64,000 nucleotides of DNA, from contig CM082596.2 in the NCBI GenBank assembly GCA_040954595.2, forward strand, positions 3,527,025-3,591,024, in the 5' to 3' direction. The first letter of the stretch is position 1. Each line of letters starts with the position of its first letter. A program made the translations under genes and the position numbers. The stretch comes from Balanoglossus misakiensis (Eukaryota; Animalia; Hemichordata). Shown in pieces: positions 12,401-23,700 of the stretch. The notes beneath the pieces are model-generated. The model ran no database searches. It saw nothing but the letters and a program-made list of their open reading frames with translations, and was not told the origin of the DNA.

Positions 12401-15400
12401 AAAAGTGTTAAAAATCTGAACCACTCTAAAAGAAGTATACGGTGGTATGTAAATATCCAGCCTGTTCCATGGTGAGACAGTATAACACACTTCATGACCA
12501 CCGCAAACAGTATTCAGTAAATGTTTTTGCTCAGGAGTGGCAAGAAGTGATACAGCAGTTTTTTGTTTTACAGTGTGATAGGTAACCACACATTTTTCTA
12601 AGTACACTTAATTTTTCCAGAACTTTCAAGAACTGTAAAAGAAATATCTGCATGCCTGTTTAAATATTCTGAAAGGGTGCGAGTTATAAAGAGTGAAGGA
12701 ATTTGGGAGTTTTCAGATGACCTTTGACATGTCAAACGAAGGCATCCATCTCCTTGTCAACACTGTGTGGTCTAAACTAAAGAAATCCATTCTCTGCAGT
12801 ACACAGGTATATATATGATGTACATATAAGTGTAGACAAAAGCACCAACAGAGAAGAACTTCTGGGGAACTTTGTCTACAGATGCTGACAAGATTGATGG
12901 TGGCGGTGTTACAGGCAAATGGCTGACTGCCTGGCTTTGTTAATTAGTAACACCTGACTAGGTGCATGTGTAGACCAAAATAACCATACATATATACACT
13001 CAAACAGATGCAAGTCTTCGTCTCACTGACAGACAAACCAGTACTGGTGCGTTAATGATTCATCGATCTACATGCCATGGCGGTGTCAAATTCACATCCT
13101 CATTGAAACACAATTTCAAAGTCAATTAAATTCCAATCAAAGTCAGTTTATATCCCTTGATAACACCCTATCAATCTGGAACAATAGAATTCCTTGAAAA
13201 TTACATCTCCCCGAACTGAGTTCCACCAAGAAAATAACATTGTCCCACTTAAAGTTATTTCAAAAATAGTTTAAATTCCCCCAAAACAGCTAACTTGTTA
13301 AAGTCAAACAGGAAACCATAACATGACACCTTTCAGAGAGGTCATCAAGGCCCCAGCTCTGCAAGTGTTCTTGTTTGTCATGTGATCTTACAAGATCAAA
13401 CATGAAAGCATACAACAACATCCTCAGATTTACTTTCAATGCAAGCTTTGCTAGAAGGACAGCTTTTCTTGTTGACTGTGGTCTGGAGGGGATGAAAGAT
13501 CTCTGGATATATAGCCCGACTCCATAAGAAATCTCTCTGGTTAAATGGACTCAAGTCTTATAGGTCTCTAAACTTTGACCTTCCCTTGGGGAGGCATGTG
13601 TGATGAATATCTTTCAACAAATGAGTATTTTTAGTATAATCTACAATGTTGTATAAAGCACTTACTCTTTTCCACCAAGAGTTCACAACCAGTGCTCTCC
13701 TCTCCTTCAGAGTTGACGGCCTTGCAGACATATTTACCAGTGTCGCTTTCCGTGGCCTCCTCTATCTGCAGACTACAAAGACCAAACTGGTTCTTGATCT
13801 TGTAGCGTCCACCATCAGTGATCTCCTGGCCAATTTTGAACCAGGTGACGGTGGCATCTGGGATGGCTTGTACTGTACAGCTCAGTCTAGCTGTGTCTCC
13901 TTCAGCCACAATCTTTCTGCGCAGGGGTAGACTGAATGTTGGCACTTGGGTCAGTCGGCGTCTTGTGACGACCGGTGGAAGGAGGCGTAGGTCTTCAACA
14001 CTTGATTCTCTGTGGAAAAACACAAAAAGACCACATTTTTAAAGTTTCTCAATTACAAATTCAAAACTGCCTATCAGGCAAAACTATATAACTTTTGTTT
14101 GAGACACATCTTTTAAACACATATAAAGTCAAGCAAATTGCATCTGCCTGCATACTTTAATTAATTACTAAATAAACAAATTTGTTGATAAAATAAATCT
14201 GTCAATTAACTTAATTGTTCATTAGCTTAATAGTTAATTTGTCTGATAGATGGTTATATGTGATTATAACTGAGGATAACTGACCACTGTTAACTTCACA
14301 AAAGTTATAAAATCTCATGCATATTAAACAATACAGCACACATATGTTGGGAGGCTTTAGTTACCAATCCATGTGTATGAAAATTATTTCTCTGGTGCAT
14401 TTCTCAGCCATATTGTATTACAGATTGGGCGTGAGTTGAGCAATGTTGTAATCCACAAAGAATGCATTTGTATTGCCATTGGGGGACATACATGTATACA
14501 TGTAAACCTCTTAGGGTACCAGTCAACCCTACTGTTTACAAAGTTATTTGATATCCTACAGTATGTCAGACTTTTTTTGTTGTTAGTTGTGTCTACCAGA
14601 TTTCCATATTTTCATTTCGACATGATCTTACTGCTGTACAGGCTTTGCTATAAATTGTAACAATTAAAATCTTTTCCAAAGAATGCTCGACTTGTTTTTT
14701 ATCAAAAGAATGCAAAACTTCTCTACTGTAATCTTCATTCCCCCTTCTCTATCTCTGTCCCTAAATTTGGTGTTTACAGTACATGACAGCTAAAGCATTT
14801 TGTCACCCTAAATGTACAGTACAAGAGGTTTTTATCTCCTTAACCTGTATTTGGCATCTAGGCCACCACTACTCTAATTCAATATTGATGTTAGAAGTGA
14901 GCAAGAACACAGTGATGTTGTTTGGTATAATTTCATACTTGACTTGTTTTACAAATTAAAGCCCAAATGAGAATTATATCATGCATGTTATGTATATGTC
15001 CCAGAGTTCCTGGTCTTCTGAACCTGTATTTTCATGGCTGGCTTGTTTCTATGTTAACCTTCAGGCAAGGCAAGAGATGAAATTTCTCAAATCTCTCCTG
15101 TTGTCTTTTATTGGTTCAATACTTATACAACAGAACAGTTTCTATAGTCTGTGTATGGAATGTCTTTCATTTTTTTTTTTTTTGCATGAAATTGGTTTTC
15201 TTGAATATCTTAAAACTTTTCTTTATACTTTTCAAATTAGAAATGTCCACTCATCCAGAAATTTCTATTAAATGTCCGGCAGTCACACTCAGTGTTTCAG
15301 TAGTTCAAGTTCACTGCTCATGGAATTCAAGACCAGTTTATAAAAACAAATGCTGCATTTGTTTTGTTTATAACAAATTGAATGTTCTATTGATAGACTC

Positions 15401-18400
15401 AGACCCACGAATCACTGCTTCATCATGTCACTCTGCAGCTGGAAAATACTCAGTGGGAATAAGAAAGTGGGAATGTAGACCTGGCCATTCCAACACACGA
15501 CCTTTGCATGACCTTGTGTTTTCAAAACTTCACACAAAGGAAAGTTCACAATTCAACAAGAGTGTCTGCCACCTTTTCGTTTTGTCGTGCGATATAATGT
15601 CACTTCAGACATCTCAAAAGTCTTAAGGTTAGAGGTTTATGTCAATAAGACGAGGTTATTTTTAGCCAGACCTTTCAACACCTTCTTAACTTTTGTTTAG
15701 TGCATCTGAGGGAAAACAGTTTAAACTTCAACATGCAATTTTGATTTGAAATTTTGACTTTGATTAATAAGTTCCTTTTTGATGATTAAAATTATTCTTA
15801 AATGACAAAAAGGTCGTTCACATCAAACATTTGCCTATCTACTAAGAAACTTAAGCCTATTTTAATGTATGGTAATGGTGGAGTAAAATAGGTAATTTTC
15901 CTGATTAAATATTAGATGTTAGTGTTGACTTTGATTTTATCACAAATTTCCTGGTGGCACTTAATAACTGTTCATTACATAATTCAAAATGTCTAACCAC
16001 AGCAAGACCTAACTGTGTACATGCAAGTTTATGAAGGTAGATTACTCTGCTGGAAGTGACTGTTCTTTCATTACTATGTACAAATACAAGTCTTTCAATT
16101 AAACAATTTTAATGTTCTTTTGAACACAAATCGATCAGGAGGTGAGATGTTTAATATATTTGGTTAGAAGTTTCTGATTTATGTTAAGTGTTAGGTAATG
16201 AAGGAGGGTTAAAGTCCACTTCATAAGACAAGATAAACACAACTGATTGATAACTGACATAAAAATAACCAAGTTTATTCTTCATTCACTGGATTAGGGG
16301 AGTTATCAAGGTTAATGTGACACAACAGTTAAGTAGTTAAAATAACAAGGCATGTCAACTCACCTGGACATAGTGGTGGTGTCGCTTTCTGCGCCCAGAC
16401 CTGAAATTTTAGTACGGTAACGATTACTGCGGGAACTAGAAGGGGCAACAATTGTGGGCACGGGGAGTTTACTGGGGCCATGACTTGAGTAGTCTGTATG
16501 CTTTGGGGACGAGTTTGTTCTGTAATCGGGGAGATATCGTCTCAGTATATCCTCAATGCTCTCACGCCTGTTGCATGTTGTTCTCTCCCGCTCCCAAGCT
16601 TTGACGCTTGTCTTGTAATCCGGATCATAGTATGAGACATCACTGTAACTGTCCTGATGGGAGACGGAATCCCCTGCTGCAGATCTGGCTGGGCTGGGGC
16701 TCCGGGTTCTGCTGCTGTAATCCCTATTGTACCGGCTAACGCTCAGGTAATCCATTCCCCGGCTGAAGTCCACCGATCCACTGCGTGCCCTGCGGGTGTG
16801 ATCTGTGTATCCGTTGTAAGAATCCTGGATCTGGCTCCTCTCAATGCTTGGGGATCGGCTTCCACTCGGGTTCCTAGTCACGCTGCGACTCCGTCTCTCA
16901 TACTGGTTCACCGTCAGATAGTCTTTCCCACGGTCTCGGGAGACACTTCTACTTTGACGTTCAGAGCTGCCATGTCTAGTGTCATTGTCCCAGCTGGAAT
17001 AATCACCAGCTCCATTGAATCTATCAGTGCTGTAACTTCGACTGCGGCTTGAATAATCACTACCATTACTCCTATGCAAATCCCGGTCTCTGAAAGACTC
17101 TCTCGGCCTTTTACTGGAGCTACTACCATAGGATGCATATGAGCTGGTGTATTTAGAATGGTGTGTTGACAAACCTGTCGGCAGGTATCCCCTGCAAGTG
17201 TTGCACCGTATAATATCGGTCATATTTTCCAGTTAATAGCACATAGCTACACTGTACACTGTGTCTGGGATACAGTCAAGCAGGTGCATGCCACAGGTTC
17301 AAGCCACACTTTACACTGAAACCACTTATGTGTATACTCTGTGTATGTGTGTACGTATGTGAGTGTGTACGCTACACATACTTTTCGACTCAGTGCCGAA
17401 GTCGTCAATAGAAGCAAACTTTACACAGTGACAGAAACACAACAGAAGCCCCACCCCTCTCATTAATATTAATGCCGAGAATTCCCTTTGACCACACTCA
17501 CAATACTGCAATTCACAATACTGCAATTATCATAAAACCAATCAAGCAGCAGGCACAGGCCTAAAACGTCGATTTAACTTTGAGGATTTACTCAGTGATT
17601 ACACCTACTGACACAGATGAATGAATACTTCTCAAGATAACAAAAAAGAAGATGTCTAAAAAGGAGTGCATTTTCACAGGGATATCGCTCACATGACTTG
17701 ATCTTCTGGCTTCAACTCCAACTAGAAGTTGCACAGCTATTCAACATAGCATCGTGCTTGCTCATAGGAAGAGTCTTAATTAGCAGAGCTGTTCAAATCC
17801 AAATTGTTTTTTAAATACTGGAAACACAAGTATCGATCATGACAAACTTTGCAATATGTTTACTTTCATAGTTAAAGCAATATTAAACTTTATATCAGTT
17901 AATTTAATAGTATTCTGCAATAATGAAATAATAAATAAGTTTAAATATGAAGTTTCACCTTTGCCTCAATACCCTTTGATGAATTCCATCATGCACAAGG
18001 TGAGGCTGACCTGTCCCCAAAATACTGACTATCAATACTTTTTTCAACTTGATATATATTCTGTTGTTTTTCCTAGCTGACTAATCTTTTATCTATTTAG
18101 AAGTCAAAAAATACCACTTAAAATACCAGTGGTGCTAATCTCCAAGTTGGTAAAATTGTTTTTGATGGCATTTGGGAAAGACAATAGCCAGCTCTGACGT
18201 TATCATCAACATGTCCCAGGTAACAGTACCTTATGCAAATCCTTCATTTGTATCCAGCGATTAAACTGACTCTGAAACAGTGATGAGGTATGCCAGGCCT
18301 CCTGCTGTTGCCACTAGAATAGTGAAAGTTTAGATCACAGTCAAGCAGAGATAAGACTAATTATGGGAAACTCACACATGGTTTGGTGTTGCTTTGGCAT

Positions 18401-20729
18401 TTTGCCCTGGCTACTCAATAGTATAAAATGTTCTACAATTCTCACTATCTTACCTAAAATAGGTTTGCGCTACCCACGTAAATGATAAAAAGTCTGTAAT
18501 GCAATGTATGTGTTCGACAGAATTTCAAGATTATCATATTTGAATTGAATTGAAGTGCCAGAAGGAGACTTTAATAGGTCAGTGGATAGAGTGACCATAT
18601 TTGAACTTCCAGGGCTGACACCTTTCACAAACTTCAAACAAACGAGAATAATTCTTCCTTTCAATCAGGTAACTCTTTTCCCTAGCTTAAGTTAAACGTC
18701 AAAGCATAATCAGTGGGTAACTCGGAACCAAAGCGGGCTTTATCCAAGATGTTTTCTTTTTCACTTGTTTTCACGAGATAGCTGCCAGATTACACACATA
18801 GCCTGGAGGTGAGATTTGAAATTTGAAACGCAATCATTCCATTGTATGCTGTTATGAGTTGCTGGTTAACTGGACCAATGCAGACTTGCTCGAGGAGAGG
18901 TCTAAGACCAAACTGTCAGGAATACTGGAATTCCAGATATGCAGATAATTTTCCTGAATTGCCTTATTCCATGGGCACTGTCATATCAGGCGGGCACAGG
19001 TTTTGAGCAGAGAGCAATGCAGACAAGTAGTTAAAAAGAAAAAGAATCTGACACAGTAACAGGAGAGAAAAAAGTGGGTGTTCCTCAAATTCTGTTTCAT
19101 TGTGTCTGGCTTCCATCACCAGCGGTCGATGAACCACAGTTGTTGGAACACACTCCACTGGAGGAGAATGATAGGCTCTGTAGGGGCTTACACTCCAATA
19201 CTACACAATACAACATTGTCTGTGGCTGTACTTGGCTACCTTTCTTTCTGTCATCACAGTACAGCACAGGTGTTCAGTGGCAACTCAAGCAAAGTCTGCC
19301 AGTTGCACTGTTGTACAACTGTGGGATGACAGACAAAATACCGCAATTTCACAGTTGCTGTCAAATTCCGAGAAAACAGACCATGTCGGTATTCCGTGCT
19401 AGTATGAGTGTAGGAAGAATCTAGCTATACATACAAAAGCATATTGTCCAGGACGGCATATCATTCATGGTTCAATGCGCTTGTGTGTCTAGGGCTACTC
19501 AACTATTAGTGCATTCAGAATCAAAGTTCGCTGAGTACATTGAAAGGTTACTACAGTGAGTGGGAGTTTACTCACAATAAAGTTATTGTACATACATGTT
19601 GCCAGTAAATCTGTAGAAAATGAACCTGGCAACAGTAATTCAAATGTCCGAAAATTAAATATCCATGATTAATGCTGCAATAACTAATAAATTACTGTCA
19701 GAAATCAGAGTCTTTACCAAAACTATTTTCTGTGTACGTAGGAGGAACCAGAGACAAATAAATGCGCACGCGGCTTAGATATTATTGTCCTCGGGAAACA
19801 CTGGATTTCACCAAAGCATACAGTAACTCAAGTCATTGTACGTGGGGACTGTGCCACTATATGGGGGCCTACACAAACATATACAAACATGTACCACTAT
19901 AAAAATATTTCAAAAATATGTATAAGGTCAATATCTGTAAAATGATCACCAAATATTAAAAGTATAAATCACCTTTCTTGTTGACCCATAAAGATATTGA
20001 TAGTGTGTTGATATTCATCCACTATAAAAAATTCAGCATTCTTTACAAATTTCTTTGTGATTTATAATCGGCAAATAAAACATGTCTATATTATAATGTC
20101 ATTTTATACATTTGGTAGGCTTTAGAAAAGCCTTATTTTTTCTCAAAATTTACAGTTAATCCTCTGATGACATGGTCAGTCCATTTTTTGTCTTGTCCAT
20201 TTTTCAATTCCTTTCGTGAAACAAATTTAACTTACCTTCGACAATCATCTTAGCATCACAAGAGATGCGTCCACAGATATTGCTGGCTTGGCAAGTGTAA
20301 ATGCCAGCATCCACAACGAAGGCCTCTTGGATGATAAGAGAGCATGTGTCATCTTCCTCAAAGATCATTTCATAATGTTGGCCGCTCTCAATCTCTTTGT
20401 GGTCTTTGAACCTACATGTACAAGCAAAATGAGATCATCTCAGACCTGGCAATCTTGAAATGTAGTGAATTTTCCCTACACCATTGTCGAGAATTGTAAA
20501 CTGAGTCGAGAGCTCATTTCAGGATACTACTTACCATGTGATAATTGGTTCAGGCATACCAATGACTTTGCAGTCAAATCTTGCAGCACTGCCTTCCACA
20601 ATTGTGACATCTCTGAGTAGTTCTACAAATCGCGGCTTTCTGTAGTTGGCTTCTCTGTCGATATAATCAGCTGTTGGCAAATAATAAGTATGACCCTTAG
20701 TTTTGATTCTCCTTATCATCATCGACATT

Positions 20730-20765
<36 letters not shown>

Positions 20766-23700
20766 GTCAGTGTCGTCATCTTCATCATCATCATTGACAT
20801 CCTCTTCATCATTGTCTTTGTCTTTGTCTTTGTCATCATCATCATCATCATCATCATCATCAACACCACAGATTTTTAATACATGTTAGTTGACAGTTCT
20901 CACAGAGCTTTGAAACTCTAAAAGACTAAAATTACATTCTGTGGATATTTTTTAACTTGAAAACTTACGATCAACAGTGAGATTGCACTTGGTGTGTGTT
21001 GTGCCATGGATGTTGGTCACATTGGCAAAATACTCTGCAGTGTCATCCAGAGTGGTCTCCTGGATTTCCAGTACAAAGATTCCATGTTGTCTGTCAGCCA
21101 GGAAACGGAAGTGTGGATGGTCATCACGGATCATCTGACCATTCTTGTACCACACAACGTTGCATGGTGGCTGTACTGGTGGTGCATGTACTGTGAATGG
21201 AAATGTAAAATTATATTACAATTAACTGCTTTCATCACCATTGTACTCTATCAAAATGTATTAAACGAAATGTAAACATACCTTGGAAGGTGAGTGGATA
21301 GATGTAACCAAGTCCACAAGTTTTGTCTTGCAAGTGTTTGATGAACTGTGGTGGTAGTTCAGACAGTCCAAGTTCAGCTCCACGCAGTGACCTCAGTCTT
21401 CTGGCTCTTTCGCCAAGTGTCATTCTGTATTGGAATTTGTAAAGAAAGATAAAAGTGAAGACTTTCTGTCAAGACATGATTGTTTTGTGAGGTTGACATC
21501 TTGACTTCCAGAGTGATCACATGCACTTCATGTATGCCTATCTCTATCAATCTGTTTGCTTGTATTTAAAATAACTGGCATACTTACGGAACTCTCTTGA
21601 GTCCAGGGATTCTCTTCTCACCTCTCCTGGCAAGCTCTTCTTCATCCAAGACTGTTGACAATCAATGAAGTAAAACAGGGTTATCAGGGGCTAATGATGG
21701 TGAAATATATAATATGTTGGAGAACAAAATGCAGGCAGTACTCCTGCCACTAAACAATGAATGAATGAACAAATTTAGATTCAGGAGAAGGATCTTACAC
21801 TCAATTTCCAGTTCTGCCATGCTGCTGGCATGACCATATGAGTTGACAGCTTTGCAGACGTAACGGCCAACATCATCGATATCGCTATCCTTGACGACAA
21901 GGGTGTAGTGTCGGTCATCATAGAACATGCTGTACTTGTGTCCAGGGTTCAGCATCTTCTTGTCTTTGTACCAGTGTATCAGTGGTTCTGTGAGGGCTGC
22001 CACCTCGCACTCGAAGCGACCAGCGTGACCTTCAAGGGCGGTCTGGTTCTCCAGTGGTATCACAAAGCGTGGTGCAGCATCAAACACATCTGTAAAATCA
22101 CATCATGAAAATGTGTCAGAATAGTGTGGAGAATTGCAAACTGAAGCAATATAAAAAGACACTATAATTGTGTTACTGTTAGTAGTAATATGTGTTTCAG
22201 TCTTTGAATGACCATGCCTATATATGGTTAAATGCATCTATAGTAAGTCTTTGAATGACTAGGTGTTCACTTACCCATGTACAGAAGTCTCTCATAGAGT
22301 GACTTGCCACGGAATGCCTTGTGGACACCTTGCAGACTTCCCATATGTGCAAGTCTACCGATGGCCAACAGTGTATCTCCGGCTCCCCGTGGTTGGCGTC
22401 TCTCAAAGAACTTCCTGAGTTTGTCAGTGCACAGTTTCCTAGATCTTCTCCTGGCTTCTTCATCTGTGTCCATCATCAGCCATGGGTGACGCAGAGCCTC
22501 TTGGACGTTCAAACGGCCTGATTTGTCTTTGACTAGGATCTTCTCAATCCAGTCAAGTGCCTCGTCTGATACGTCTTCAAAGGCTTCATCGTCAAAGTCC
22601 CATTCTGACTTGGCAACATTGCGTAGTGTCTCTTGGTCATCTTCACCAAGGAATGGCGACAGACCACTCAATCTGTGCAAGAGAATGATGTATGCAAAAT
22701 ATTATTTTTTGAATCTTTAATTTACAACAGACATAAAGGAAGTGTTTCCATTTGTTTTAACAAAATGTTGGGAGGTGAAAAACTCCACCAATAGTTGGCA
22801 TTTCTAGTCAACTCAATGTATGAAACATACCGGTACAGCTTAAATGAAAACCATTACTTCAAATACTGCTGATTTTACACATTATTCACAATAATTTCCT
22901 CGAAATATGGTTGAAATGGGATATCTTGACAGCAAAAAGTACTTACAACACATATGCCATGACACCAAGACCCCACATGTCTGTTGGTGTGCCGATGGGT
23001 TCAAAGTTAACAACTTCAGGAGCGACAAATTCTGGAGTTCCAAAGATAACCTTGACTTGTTCACCAGGTAGCAATTTGCGAGCAAGTCCAAAGTCAATCA
23101 TCTTGATGCCATAGCCAGTACGAGTCTCGCACAAGATGTTCTCAGGCTACAAAAGGCATAGAGAAATAAAAGAGAATAAACTTGCATGAGATATTATGTT
23201 TCGTCTTTACTTAATTTGATTGACGCTTTCATTAAATCATTCACACCTACTCAAAGTTATACATGGACTTGCATTTCAGAAAATAATTCTCACCTTGATG
23301 TCCAGGTGAAGAACATGCTTCTCATGCATGTATTTGATTCCTTCACACAACTGTCTCATGTAGATGACCACTTCAGGTTCAGTCAGCACGTAGTTCTCAT
23401 CAACCAGGCGTTCAAACAGTTCACCGCCAGACAAGCTGGAATCAAAACAAAATTACATTACAGATACCCAAGCAGGCAGAATGTATTAAGACAATTTCAT
23501 TAGTGCTGAACTGGTACAGATAATAATGTCAAAATAATTCAAGTGAAAGTCCAAAAAGATTGATTGAAATTCAGTAAAAAAATTAAAAATACTCACAATT
23601 CCAGGATCATGATGATCTCATCGTCAGTCTCGAAGACTTCATGCAACTGCAATAATCTTGGATGATGCAACATACTCATGATCTCAATTTCTTTCTTGAC

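Noticed and set aside
14373-15626. + strand ORFs of 95-171 aa in the large intron
   Set aside because: AT-rich, no recognisable domain or exon chain
18453-18463. CCTAAAATAGG as a MEF2 or CArG site for the internal promoter
   Set aside because: One base short of the MEF2 consensus and one too long for CArG; common by chance in AT-rich DNA
20671-20869. Poly-Met ORF start, or poly-Asp in another frame
   Set aside because: Translation of an intronic (ATC)n microsatellite; the real exon starts at 20670 and no splice sites bracket the repeat
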